The notes under the pieces are model-generated. The model was not told where the DNA came from. It searched no databases and saw only the letters and a program-made list of their open reading frames with translations. 64,000 nt of DNA from the human T2T-CHM13v2.0 reference genome, Homo sapiens, in the NCBI RefSeq assembly GCF_009914755.1, contig NC_060928.1. One strand, given 5' to 3'. Below, piece by piece: positions 29,601-43,616 of the stretch; position 1 is the first letter of the stretch, and each line of letters starts with the position of its first letter. Both the position numbers and the translations under genes were made by a program.

Positions 29601-31639
29601 GAGCCTGAATAACCAAGGCAATCCTAAGCAAAAAGAATAAAGCTGGAGGCATCCATGACCTGACTTCCAACTATACTATAGGGCTACAGTAACCAAAGCA
29701 GCATGGTACTGATACAAAAACAGGTACATAGACCAATGAACTGGAAAAGAGAACCCAGAAATAACACTGCACACCTATGACCATCTGATCTTCAACAAAG
29801 CTGGCAAAAACAAGCAATGGGGAAAAGACTCCCTATTCAATAAATGGTGCTGGAATAACTGGCTAGCCATATGCAGAATATTGAAGCTGTACTACTTCCT
29901 TACATCATATACAAAAATTAACTCAAGATAGATTAAAGACTTATATGTAAAATCCAAAACTATAAAAACTCTGGAAGACAACATAGGCAATATCATCCTG
30001 GACATAAGAATGGGCAAACATTTCATGACAGACACAAAAGCAATTGCAACAAAAGCAAAAATTGACAAATGGGATCTAATTCAACTTTAGAGCTTCTGCA
30101 CAGCAAAATAAACTATTAGCAGAGTAAACAGACAACCTACAGAATGGAAGAAAATATTTGCAAACCATACATCTGACAAACATCTAATATCACACATCTA
30201 TAAGGAATTTAAACAAATTTACAAAAAAACACTATGTTAAATAGTGGACAAAGGACGTGAACAGACACTTTTCAAAAGAAGATGTACATGCAGCAAACAA
30301 CCATATGAAAAAAAGCTCAATATCATTGATCATTAGAGAAATGCAAGTCAAAACCACCATGAGATACCATCTCACACCAGTCAGAATGGCTATTACTAAA
30401 AAGTCAAAAAATAACAGATACTGGTGAGATTATGGAGAAAGGGACCACTTATATGCTGTTGGTGGAAGTGTAAATTAGTTCAACCACTGTGGAAAGCAGT
30501 AAGGCAATTCATCAAAGAGGTAAAAGCATAACTACCATTTGACCCAGCAATCCCATTACTGGTTATATACCCAGAGGAAAATAAGTCATTCTACCATAAA
30601 GACACATGCATGAGAATGTTCATTGCAGTACTTCACAATAACAGAGACCTGGAATCAACCTAAATGCCCATCAATGACAGACTGGATAAGGCAAATGTGG
30701 TACATATGTACCATGGAATACTATGCAGCCATAAAAAAGAATGAGGTTATGTCTTTTGTGGGAACACGGATGGAGTTGAAGGCTGTCGTTCTTAGCAAAC
30801 TACCTCAGGAACAGAAAACCAAATACCACATGTCTCACTTATAAGTGGGAGCTAAATTATGAGAACACATGGGCACACAGTGGGGAACAATGGACACTGG
30901 GGCCTACTGGAGGGTATAGGGTGGGAGGAGGATCCCTCAATAGGATCAGAAAAAAATAACTATTGGGTACTAGGCTTAACACCTGGGTGATGAAATAACC
31001 TGTATAACAAACCCCCATGACACAAGTTTACCTATAGAACAAACCTTCACATGTACCCCAAACCTAAAATAAGTTAAAAAATAAAATAAAATAATTATCA
31101 CATGATCCAGCAATCACACTTCTGAGTAATTATCCAAAACAATTGAAAACAGGGACTCAAAGAGATATTTACACACCTATGTTCATTGTAGCTTTATTCA
31201 CAATAGCCAAGAGGTAAAATAAACCTAAATGTCCATCACCAGATGATTGGATTAACTAGATATGCATACAATGGAATATTATTCAGCCTTTAAATAGAGG
31301 AAACTCCTATTATATGCCACATCGAGGGGAAAACTTAATGTCATGTTAAGTGAAATAAGTCACAAAAACAGTTGACCTTTAAACAACACAAGTTTGAACT
31401 GCATAGGTCTATTTATACTTGAATTTTTTTTCAATAAAATTTACACTAAGTATGCCTGCCTCTCCTGTCTCTCCCACTTCCTTTACTTCTTCTGCCTCTC
31501 TGAGAAAGCAAGATCAGCCCCTCCCATTCCTCCTCCTCAGCTTTTTCAATGTGAAGACAATGAAGATAAAGACTTTTATGATGATCCTTTTCTACTTAAT
31601 AAATTATAAATATATTTTCTCTTCCTTATGATTTTTTTG

Positions 31640-32478
31640 TTGTTTTTTAAAAATATTTATTTATTCTCTTTCCAACTTTTATTTTACATTCAAGAGGTAC
31701 ATGTGCAGATTTGTTACATGGGTAAATTATATGTCACAGGGGTTTGGTTTTATCACCTAGGTAATTGGCATAATACCCAATGGGCAGTTTTCAGTCCTCA
31801 CCCTCCACCCTCAAATAGGGCCCAGTGTCTATTGTTCCCTATTGTGTCCATGTGTACTCAATGTTTAGCTCCCACTTACAAGTGAGAAAATGTAGTATTT
31901 GGTTTTCTGTTCCTGTGTTACTTCACTTAGGAGTATGGCCTCCAGTTCCATCCACGTAGCTGTGAAGGCCATAATCTCTCTTTTTTTTAATAGCTGTGTT
32001 GTAATCCATGGTGTATACGTACCATATTTTCTTTATCCAGTCCACCAGTGATGGACATCTAGTTTGATTCCAAGTCTTTGCTATCGTGAATAGTGCTGAG
32101 ATGAACATAACATACGTGTGCATGTGTCTAGAATGGTTTATATTTCAGTGGGTATATACCCAGTAATGGGATCACCAGGTCAAATGGCAGTTCTATTTTA
32201 AGTTCTCTGAGAAATCTCCAGACTGCTTTCCACAGTGGCTAAACTAATTAACATTCCCACCAGCAGTGTATAAGTGTTCCCTTTTGTCCACAAGCTCTCC
32301 AGCATCTGTTTTCAACTTTTTAGTAATAGCGATTCTGACTGGTGTGAGGTGGTATCTCATTGTGGTTTTGATTTGCATTTCCCTAAAAATTAGTGATATT
32401 GAGCATTTTTAAAATCTGCTGTTGGTTATGTGTGTGTCTTCTTTTGACAGGTGTCTGTTATTGCCCTTTTCCCATTTA
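31640..32478 (-). mobile_element. L1PA15/16-type 3' fragment
   Basis: caacttttattttacattcaagaggtacatgtgcagatttgttacatgggtaaatt; ORF2 C-terminal peptide [11 protein letters not shown] on minus. Confidence 0.8.
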
Positions 32479-32484
32479 AAAAAA

Positions 32485-33975
32485 TGTATTTTAATAGTTT
32501 TTGGGTTATGGGTTGTTTTTGATTACATGGATAAGTTCTTTAGTGGTGATTTCTGAGATTTTGGTGCACCTGTCACCCAAGCAGTGTACACTGTACCCAA
32601 TATATAGTCTTTTATCCTTCACCCTCCTCCCACCCTTCTTCCCAAGTCCGCAAAGTCCATTATATTATATCATCCTTATGCCTTTGCATCCTCATGGCTT
32701 GGCTCCCACTAATAAGTGAGAACATATGATGTTTTCCATTCCTGAGTTAACTTAGAATAATGGCCTCCAGCTCCATCCAAGTTGCTGCAAAAGTCATTAT
32801 TTCATTTCATTTTGTGGCTGAGTAGTATTCCATGGTGTATACATACCACAATTCCTTTATCCATTTGTTGCCTGATGGGTATTTAGGTTGGTTCCACATT
32901 TTGGCAATTATGAATTTGGCTGCTATAAATGTATGTGCATGTGTCTTTTTCTTATAATGACTTCTTTTCCTTTGGGTAGATATGCAGTAGTGGAATTGCT
33001 GGATCAAATGGTAGTTCTACTTTTAGCTCTTTAAGGAATCTCCACACCATTTTCCATAGTGGTTTTACTAGTTTTCATTCTCATCAGCAGTATAAAAGTG
33101 TTACGTTTTCACCACATCCACGCCAACATCTATTTTTTTTTGTTTTTAAATTATGGTCATTCTTGCAGGAGTAAGATGGTATCTCACTGTGGTTTTAATT
33201 TGTATTTCCCTGATAATTAGTAATGTTGAGCATTTTTTCATATGTTTGTTGGCTGTTTGTATATCTTCTTTTGAGAATTGTCTATTCATGTCCTTTGCCC
33301 ACTTTTTGATGGGATTATTTACTTTTTGTCTTGCATATTTGTTTGAGTTTCTTGCAGATTCCAGAGATTAGTTCTTTGTCAGATGTACAGTTTGCAATAT
33401 TTTCTCCCAGTCTGTGGGTTGTCTGTTTACTCTGCTGATTATTTCTTTTGCTGTGCAGAAGTCTTTTCATTTAATTAGGTCCCATTTATTTATTTTTTAT
33501 TTTGTTGCATTTGCTTTTGAGTTCTTAGTCATGAGTTCTTTCCCTAAGCCAATCTCTAGAACAGTTTTTCTGATGTTATGTTCTAGAATTCTTATGGTTT
33601 CAGGTATTAGAGTTAAGTCTTTGATCCATCTTGACTTGATTTCTGTATAAGGTGAGAGATGAGGATCCAGTTTCATCTACATGTGGCTTTCTAGTTTTCC
33701 CAGCACCATTTATTGAATAGGGCGTTCTTTCCCCACTTTACGTTTTTGTATGCTTTGTTGAAGATAAGTTGGCTTTATGTATTTGGCTTAACTCCTGGGT
33801 TCTCTATTCTTTTCCACTGGTCTATGTTTCTATTTTTATACCAGTACCATGCTCTTTTGGTAACTATAGCCTTGTAGTATAATTTGAAGTCAGATAATGT
33901 TATGCCTCCCGATTTGTTCTTTTTGCTTGATATTGCTTTGGCTATGTGGGCTCTTTTTTGGTTTCCATATGAATT
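32485..33975 (-). mobile_element. L1PB1-type 3' fragment
   Basis: gattacatggataagttctttagtggtgatttctgagattttggtgcacc, the diagnostic L1PB1 3' end. Confidence 0.85.
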
Positions 33976-34889
33976 GATTTTCCTAATAACATTTTCTTTT
34001 TTTTAGTCTACTTTATTGTAAGAATATTTCGTATAAAATACATGTTAATCAACTGTTTATGTTATTGGTAAGGCTTCTGGTCAACAGTAGGCTATTAGTG
34101 GTTACATTTTTGGGGAACTAAGTTATACACAGACTTTTGTGCAGGGAATTGGCACCCCTACATTGCTCAAGGGTCAGCTGTATCGTGTGATTCCACTTTT
34201 ATAAGTTATCTAACATAGTCAAACTCTTAGAAACATGAAGTGGTGGTTGTCAGGGGCTGGGAGGAGATGGGAAAAGGAAAGTTGTTTTTCAATTAATATA
34301 GAATTTCAGTCTTGCAAGATGAAAAATATGTAGAGATCTGTTGCACAATAATGTGCATATAATTAACACTACTGTATTGTATATAAAAGTTTAAGATAGT
34401 AAATTGTATGTTGTATTTTTTACCACAATAAAAAAAATACTGGTAGAAAACCCTCCCTCATGAAAAGAAAAAATATATACATACACATATATACACATTA
34501 TATATGTAGGTATGTGTGTGAGTTTCTTTATTGTACTTTTTTTTTCAAGTTTTCTTTGATGAGTATTCATTGTTTTCATAAAAAATAATTTGGAAATTTT
34601 AGTTCATGAGAGAAATTCTGTCCCAAAACCCTACTTCTTCCATGAAATTATCCTTGTTTAATATCATCCATCTCTTTTCAATTTTCTGCTGATTCCACAC
34701 CTCTATACGTACTTTCACATTGGTTTTCAATATTTGTGGATATTCCCTATGTATGTTTCAGGATGGACTCCTTATTAGATTGAAAGCTCTTCAATAGGAA
34801 AAAATGTGTCTTCAAATTCTTCGATATTTTGTTGCTTACCTATAAACTACCTTTCTGTTGTGTGAATGCTCAGATTAGATTTCAGTGGG

Positions 34890-35175
34890 ACAGCATTTCT
34901 CAAATTATGTATCATCGGGCTCTAGCTTCCGGGAGATGCTCCACAAATGAAGAGTTTCCTAAAGAAATAACTTTGGGAACACTTCAAGCTTTCTGTGCCT
35001 GTTTAGAATTTACAATGCATATAAGCATATTAAAGGCTCTGAAAAATCCTGCTATAAATAAACCTGCTTAACTTACTTTAACTCAGCACTTCCCAAACAA
35101 ATTTGATATAGAGCACTCTTTAAAAAGAAAAAAGAAAACCTATTGACTTCGGCTGCCTTCTGGAATACTTTGTAG
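34890..35175. mobile_element. MER103C-like hAT relic
   Basis: acaatgcatataagcatattaaaggctctgaaaaatcctgc core. Confidence 0.65.
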
Positions 35176-35188
35176 AAAATCAATTATT

Positions 35189-35500
<312 letters not shown>

Positions 35501-37308
35501 AGAAAATCAATTATTATCTCCTAGAAGACAGGAGCAGAGATTATATCTTATTCCTCTTTGTACTTGCCATATCGTAATGTTGTCTGACACATAATAGTGT
35601 TAAACAAAGTAAGTGCTTTTGTGTGAATAAAGAAGTACCAGAAAGTGAGCTTCTATGAAGCCCACAGTGATATGTGGTTAGATAGCTGTAGGCTAAGGAC
35701 AGATTGATCAGGTTTTAAAAATACACTTAGCAATTGTTTAAACTGAGTCCACAAGAAGCTGGTCAATAGAAAAATACATGAAAATGTCCCAATTTCAGGA
35801 TAAAGGCAAAATTATAGGCCTGGAAAATTACCTAAGGACAGCACAGCTTACATGCCATGAACCACGTATGCACAGAACATTCAGACAACATGCAACATTT
35901 AAGATCACCTGGTCCAATTCTTCTCAAACATTTGCATTGACATATCTCTATTGGCCAAAGATAGTGAACACATACTTTGAGAGAGGTCTATAGGAGAAGT
36001 CTAGCTGGCCAAATACCAACAGGGAGTTTCATTGAAGTTTTATATTTTATTCCAAAAGAAAAAAATCAGTTATATAATTGTTCCATAATATTCCTGAGTT
36101 TAACATAAAAATAATATTTTACATGTATTGGTTGATTGGCACAGTACTTCTGTTGGAGATGCAAAGCCTATTCCAACTCCTCCATTTAACAGTGGGAAAA
36201 CTAACATCCACAGAGAGAAAGTGACTTTTTCAGGATCACACAGCAAATCTCTGGCAAATCTCATCAGGCCTCCTGACTGCCAGTTCTGTCCTCTTTCACG
36301 GCTAGATGCAGCTCTCCCACCTCACAGAAGATTCACAAAATGGAAATTGATTCAGTAATTCACTCCTAGGTACCAATCCTAAAGAAATGATTGCAGACAC
36401 AAAGAAAAATCCAAAGATGTTGTTTACATTAGCATTAAACTGGAAAGGCTCTAGATTTCTAATAATGGGAACATGGCTCAATAAAATCCATGTGATAGAA
36501 TATTTTGGAACCATTAAAATGATGCTTATAGGGAGTTATATAGTATTAAATTTAAAAATATGAAAACAGGCTTTCCTACTCTGTAATATATATAATAACT
36601 ACTATTTTTCTATCTCAAATACAATGCTCAAAATATTACAAGTGACCATTGTTGAGCAGTGGAGAAATGGATGATTTAAATTTTCTTATTTATACTTTTC
36701 TGTTTTTCACATTCTCAGCAATGAACATACAACTTTTATAATTAGAATTAAGTAGAGTATTATTTTAAATTTATTTGTAATTTAAAAAATATTTATGGGA
36801 AGATAAACACAATGCTTGGCTATTTTAGCTATCTGATGCTGAGTTTCTTTCCAGACCCTTCTTTCTCTGTCTGGAAGAGCTACCACAAGTTGCGTGTTGG
36901 TTGCACTGTTTTCACCCAAAGGTTCTGAGCCCACTGGTAAACTCTGGGAAGAAGATAATACAGAATGCTCTCCACAAATGTCTGAGCTGCCAGGATGAAC
37001 CTTGGACAGAAATACCCTTGCATGTTTGGCTTTGTCCTGATACTTCTCTTTTCCACCTTTCTTCCCTGTTCCCTTGTTGGATTTTTACTCTAGAAAGAGC
37101 TGGCATGCAAGTCGTGCCCAGCCTGTGAGCACCCGGGCAGTTCTTGCTCAATGTAGCATTTGTCAATGAGAAAACATCATCCTTGGAGGCTGCAGACACT
37201 TGTGTAATGCCATCAAATGAAGCTGGACTCTTGTTTCCAAAGGGGAGGAACACAGTATCCCGAAAGGAAAATGTCTTGAAATAAACCGGGATAACACATC
37301 ATTCTAGC

Positions 37309-37511
37309 ACAGTGGTTCTCAAACTCTTGAGTGTGGGTTAGAATAACGTGGAGGGCTTGTGAAAACATCCAACTGGGTCCTACCCTCAGAGATTCTGATT
37401 CTGTATATGGAAATACAGCCAACTGGCTGGGGAGATGAAAATTTGCTTTCTGCCAAGTTCCCAAATAATGCTGATGTTGCTGGTCTGGGGGCCACTCTTT
37501 GAGAGCCACTG
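37309..37511. mobile_element. MER5A
   Basis: cagtggttctcaaact...ctttgagagccactg TIRs. Confidence 0.85.
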
Positions 37512-37651
37512 CTCAGGCAGAATCAAAGGCCTGTTTAAAACCAGGGAAAGGAGGGTCCCTGTGGCTGTGGACCTAAGGCTCTTAGCAGAGGAAACATTTG
37601 ATTCATGAACTTCTTTCCTTTCTTTAGCCTAATCATTCTCTCCTTCTGTGC

Positions 37652-37825
37652 CTATTTAGGAGCTGTTCATTTGCTCATCCAGCAACTTAAAGAGCACCCA
37701 GAATACACTAGACAATAAAGACGGAGCAATTACCAGGACTATTTAGGAACTGTTCATTTGCTCATCCAGCAACTTAAAGAGCACCCAGAATACACTAGAC
37801 AATAAAGAAGGAGCAATTACCAGGA
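37652..37825. repeat. 87-bp head-to-tail tandem duplication (2 copies, 2 mismatches)
   Basis: ctatttagg...aattaccagga at 37652-37738 and 37739-37825. Confidence 0.97.
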
Positions 37826-39835
37826 CAGGTAAAGTCTAACTTCGGGGAGCCTCTAACCCAGTGGGAATGGTCAGAATTGATCCAATTCTGATGTGCATTT
37901 CCAGTGTTATTTGAGAATGTTCTACTCTATTACAGTAGATGTGAAACTCATGCAATGTGCTAACTGTAGATTACGAGTAAGCAAGCATCTTGTGAGACAG
38001 TCAGGATTCATAAGATAAGTAAATATAAGTAAGTAGAGCACATCAAGAGAAATCTGATATTCCTGAGGCACCAAATATTTGTGAAACGCTAAATATACAT
38101 GAGGCATCTGAGGCATTTAATATACAGTGTTAATTTAGCCACCCTTGGTGAGACTCTGGCCCCATGTGTCCTCTGCCCAAGAAACACAAGTAAAACCCAA
38201 AGGTGCTCATCATGCTAGTTGGCCAAAGGTACTTGTTCCTGCATCTTCCATACAGCAGGTATATGGTCAGGGTTCCAGGTATCTTCCACTTTGAGGGGGC
38301 CTTAGTCAAATCTCAACTCTGGTCTTTTAACCATACCATCCATGTGAAAGGCTGAGGTGGCAGAGAGAGAAACAGAGCATGTGCACTTGGCTTAACCCAG
38401 GACTCCGGCGGTAGCGTGGTCCTTCCACCCTGCTTGCACCCATCCTTTATGTGTTATTCTGTCCCACCCCTTTCCCCTAACTTCTTGCTGTATGTTTTAA
38501 ATTGGTTCAAACATTTTAGTTTTATCTGTGAGACCTTCTGTTCCATGACCTCTGGGATAGCTTGCCTTGTAATATACAGCATCGATGTAATTTCCTACAA
38601 CACCCTAATAATCATGCAAACACATTACAAGCACATCTTACTACATTTTCTCTCTGCTTTTGGCATTCCCTCTACCCTTTACCACAGCTTAACCCTTAAG
38701 CTTGTCTTTGGAAATAGAATGGACACAAAACAGACCTGGGTAACAACTATCTGGCAGGCTTACTGCAAAAATCAGAATAAGTATGTATGAGTGTCTGGGG
38801 AAGGGTCTGGTTTGCAGTGTGTTCCCCACAAAAGTAGCTATTAGTATTACGCTTCTACCCTCTACAAGATAATACTGCCTTCTAAAAAACAATACAAAAT
38901 CTTAAAAGCCTTCTTCAATTCTTAAAGGATTTTTTTACAAAGCGGTACTAAATTATGCGGCAAAGTCACATCATCTAATGAGCTTGGTCACAGCTTTATT
39001 TCTGTTTCTTTCCCCAGAACACAGGGTCTCCCTCACTCTCTATTTTAAGGGACTGTTTCTCACATTGCTTGGGTATAATTACGCTGCAACTCGCAAAACA
39101 AAGACCATGTCTGGGGTTCATCCATTGACACTATCACTTTGTCCCCTGCTTGCAACTCCTGTCACTTAATGACAAACATCATATATTTCTTCTGTAAAAT
39201 CAATGCTTTGTAATTCATCAGCCCCCAACGAAACAAGCCCCCTTCTCATTTACCGAGAAATCATGGGAACCCCCTTCCTATTTGAAACATTCTATAGCAC
39301 TGGCTTCCATGAACTCCACAAAACAGCTGTCTGTATCAAGACAGGAAAAGCTGGGACACATTTAATAAGGTTTTGTTCGGGATTTTTAAAATGAAGCCTG
39401 GAGGGATCTCCCTTCTGCTAGAGCTGAGAAATTAAGCTGCAGAACCCGGCTGAAAGCAGCCATTCAGAGGAGCAGCTGAAAGTTATTTCACCATGAAGCC
39501 GGCCTTGGCTGGCCTCCGACACTCCATATGGTTGCAACTCTGGCCTCCAGGAAGCCCCCAGATCATTCTCTCCCCTTGGTTTGCATTGTTTATAATCCCA
39601 GCATGTGTGTTTGAAAGGCAGTTATACAGAAAAGATGCCTCACTCTGAGTTTTTTTCCCTATTAACTTTTATGTGAATAATCCACTGAACTGTAATTTAA
39701 TATTTCTTCCATGTATGTATTCTCTGTTCATCTAAGTTGTAAGACAATTAAACATGACTTGAACCAAGAAGGACTCAAGGAAGCAAATGAAGTTGTTACC
39801 CTCAAGGGGCTAAGGTGTGAAAAATATGTATACCG

Positions 39836-40195
39836 TCTTAGTCAGTTTGGGCTGCTATAACAAACTACTATAGACTAGGCAGCTTATTAACAATAGACAT
39901 GTATTTCTCACAGTTCGAAAGGCTGGCAGTCTGAGATCAAGGTGGAGCATGGTTGGGTTGTGGTGAGGGGTCTCCCTTCTGGGCTGCAGACAGCTGACTT
40001 GTTCCTGTGTCCTCACATGGCAGAAAGAGGGCTAGTGAGCTCTCTGGAGTCTCTTGGATAAGGGCACTAATCCCATTCATGAGGGCTCCACTGCCATGAT
40101 GCAATTTCCTCTCAAGGCCGCACTTCCTATATCATCACCTTGAGGGTTAGGATTTTGACATATGAATTTGGGGAGGACACATTCAGTCCATAACA
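39836..40195 (-). mobile_element. MLT1A/MLT1A0 MaLR LTR
   Basis: tcttagtcagtttgggctgctataacaaa...acattcagtccataaca. Confidence 0.88.
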
Positions 40196-40534
40196 TCTAT
40201 CTCTCTGTGCACTCTAGAGGCCTTAGAAACACCAAGTCCACCTTCATTCCCCAGCTCTCCATTCTGCTTCCCTAGAAAGCTGCACACAGGCTTCTCCTTC
40301 GGCCCCAAAGCCAAAGCTTTTATGCATAAGAGGTCAGCTCTGTGACCGCATCAGACCCCACAGAAACAAGGCAGTTTCTCTCCTGGCTCAGCCCATGTGA
40401 AAGGCACCCTGCTAGCCAAATGCCGATATCATGAATTTGCTTAGAGTGAGAATCTGCTGTCGCTTTTTACCACTTGATGGAAAAGCAGAGAAATTTTATT
40501 CCTCCTTCCCTGCTGAGCTCAAGAGTAAGGTTCA

Positions 40535-40852
40535 TGCTGTCCAACAGAAATATAATACAAGCCACAAATGCTTGCCATCTTCAGACATATGCAATTTAAG
40601 ATATGTTAGTAGCCACATTTAAAACAAGAATTGTAATAATAAATTTTATTTAACCCAATATATCCCCATTCTATCATTTCAACATGTAATCAATATAAAA
40701 ATTATTAATAAAAAATTAAATTATCTTTTTATAGTAAATCTTCAAAGCCTACTGTGCATTTTGTATTTACAGCACATCTCAATTTGAACTGGTCCCATTT
40801 CAAGGGCTCAATTGCCACATGTGACCAGTGGCTACAATATGGGACTATGCAG
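40535..40852. mobile_element. MER33 (hAT-Charlie)
   Basis: gctgtccaacagaaatataat...gccacatgtgaccagtggctac. Confidence 0.8.
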
Positions 40853-41615
40853 GTTTAGAGGCTCAAAAACAAAGTGAGTGGCATAAAGAGAACCTCTGAG
40901 TGAGAAATTTCCATGGAAATCACATGCTGTTTCACATTTTTGGGAATTTCCTTCTGTCTGATGAGTGCTGCTGAAGAACACTTCCTCTGGGATGAGGCTC
41001 ACCTGTATCTGTACCAGGAAAGCTTCCTTCTTTACCTGCTCCCTCTACTCCAGAGCATTGCTATACCCACTCTCTGTGCACACAGATCCTCTGGTGCTGA
41101 TTCAATAGATCTAGAGTCTCCCCTCCTCATTCCTCTCCAATCATGCCCTTCTAATAAGCTCCCTAGTGACTCTGCTCCTGCTGGTCCTTGAACCCCACTT
41201 TGAATAGTGAGGTGCTGGATACTGATGCTCTCCAGAGCTGTGCACATTTGATCCAGTGGAGGCAGTAGATGTCATGGTGGGAAGAATGTGAACTTGTACT
41301 CACACCACCAGGGCATAAGCTTCAGTCCACCATGTGCTAGCTGTGAGCTGGGCAAGCTACTCAACCTCTCTAGGCCTCAGCCTCCTTTTCTATTAAAATG
41401 GAGGTAATAGTAGGGCTACCACATTGGGTGGTGCTAGCACATAAGAAATGGTCAGCAAATCTCAGACATTTTAGCTTTACGACATTCAATTCAGCCTAAA
41501 TTCAGACATTGAGGAAAGGAAGGAATTACATTTTCTTGATTTAAACAGAAATGTGTCTAGCTTAATCACTTCCTGAAGGAAGCCTTCCCTAACTGTCTAG
41601 TTTGAAGTAGATGTA

Positions 41616-42761
41616 CAGCCATGCATTGTTTAATGGTGGGGATATGTTCTGATAAATGTGTCATTAAGCAATTTTGTCGTTGTGCAAATATCATAGGATG
41701 TACTTACCAAACCTGGATGGTATAGCCTACTACACATCTAAGCTAATAGTTTTGCTCCGAGGCAATAAACCTGCACAGCATGTGAGTGTACTAAATACTA
41801 TAGGCAATTGTAACTCAGTAAGTATTTGTGCATCTAAACATGTTTAAACATAGAAAAGACAAAGTAAAAATATGATATAAAAGATAAAATAAGATAGAAC
41901 TGTGTAGGGCACTTACCGTGAATGGAGCTTGCAACACTGGAAGTTGCTCTGGGTCAGGCAGTGAGTGAGTGGTGAGTGAATGTGAAGGCTAGGACAGTAC
42001 CGCACACTAGTGCAGACCTTATAAACACTGTACACTTAGGCAACACTAAATTTATAAGAAGATTTTTTTCTTTCTTCAATAATAAATTAAACTTAGCTTA
42101 CTGTAAATTTTTTACTTTATAAATTTTTCAACTTTTAAAAACTTTTTGACTGTTTTGTAATAACGCTTAGCATAAAACACAAACACATTGTATAGCTGTC
42201 CAAAAGTATTTTGATATCCTTATTCTATAAGCTTTTTCCCATTTTTAAATCTTTTTTTACTTTTAAAACTTTTTTGTTAAAACTAAAACACATTAGTCTA
42301 GGCCTACATAGGGGCAGGATCATCAGTATCACTGTCTTCCCCTTCCACATCAGGTCTCACTGGAAGGTCTTCAGGGACAATAACACTCATGGAGCTGTCA
42401 TCTCCTAGGACAACAATGCCTTCTTCTGAGGGACACCTGCCTAAGGCTGTTTTACAGTTAACTTAAAAAAAAATAAGTAAAAGTAGTATCATCCAAAATA
42501 ATGACAAAAAGCATAGTCTAGTAAATATATAAACCAGTAAGATAGTCATTTGTTATCATTATGAAACATTATGTAACTGGTAAAGCGGTAGGTTTTTTTA
42601 CACCAGCATCACCACAGACACATGAGTAATGTGTTGTGCTGTAATGTGACAGCTATGATAGCACTGGTTGATAAGAATTTTTCAGCCTCGTTATAACCTT
42701 ATGGGACCACTATTGTATATGCAGTCCGTCATTCACTGAAACATAATTATGTGCATGACTG
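41616..42761 (+). mobile_element. Tigger3b (MER7B), full length, inside an L2
   Basis: ta|cagccatgcattgtttaat...gtgcatgactg TIRs; internal gtgagtgagtggtgagtgaatgtgaaggc. Confidence 0.88.
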
Positions 42762-42823
42762 TGGATGCATCCCCTATTCTCAGATGTGTATATCTCCAGC
42801 ATAGCCTTTATCACAAATTACCA

Positions 42824-43188
42824 GTCTTAGTCCATTTGGGCTGCTGTAACAGATTACTATAGACCAAGTGACTTATAAACCACATATATTTGCTTCTGAC
42901 AGTTCTGGGGGCTGAGATGTCCAAGATCAAGATGCTGGCAGATTTGGTGTCTGGTGGCAGCCCATTTCCTGGCTCATAGGTGGAGCCTTCTCACTGTGTC
43001 CTCACAAGGTGGAAGGAGAGAGGTGCCTCTCTGGGGCCTCTTTTATAAGGTTGCTAATTCCATTCATGAGGGCTCTGCCCTTATGATCTAATTACCTCTC
43101 CAAAGGCCTCACTACCTAATACCATTGTCTTGGGGGTTAGGATTTCAACATACACATTTTAGGGGGACACAACATTCAGACCATAGCA
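42824..43188 (-). mobile_element. MLT1A MaLR LTR
   Basis: gtcttagtccatttgggctgctgtaaca...acattcagaccatagca. Confidence 0.88.
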
Positions 43189-43616
43189 GTACTATAATTA
43201 CTAACTTATTTCTCTGTCTCCCCCATAGGAATTTCAGTAGTTTGAAGGCAGCAAGGGCAGCATCTCACTCATTGCTTTCTTATTGCTGGAGAGCCAATGA
43301 TGGCTTGGCTGCGTAACAATCACTTGGGGAATTTGTTAATGATATCGATTCGTAGGCTCCACCTCCAGATAGTCTGGTTCAGTGGGTCTCATTTGGACCC
43401 AGAAATCCATATTTTTTAAAAAAGTACTTCAGAGATTCTGCTGCATAGTCAGGTTTGGAAACCAGTGGATTTTTCCTCTTTGTATCCGTGGTACCCACCA
43501 GTGCCTGGCATGTAGTCAGATCCAAACAAAATGTTTGCTGAATGAACACATCAGCCTTTCCATTGATACAGCAAGTCATAATCTCCAAAGGGCTTGCTTA
43601 TATATAATCTTATCTG

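Larger units (their letters stand above)
31369..34180 (+). mobile_element. Tigger2a (MER28), split by L1 insertions (pieces 31369-31636 and 33977-34180)
   Basis: TIRs cagttgacctttaaacaac / ttgctcaagggtcagctg; the two internal halves are colinear across tgattt. Confidence 0.85.

Noticed and set aside
37652-37825. Direct repeat considered as a possible CRISPR-like array
   Set aside because: Only two abutting copies with no spacer, in eukaryotic DNA.
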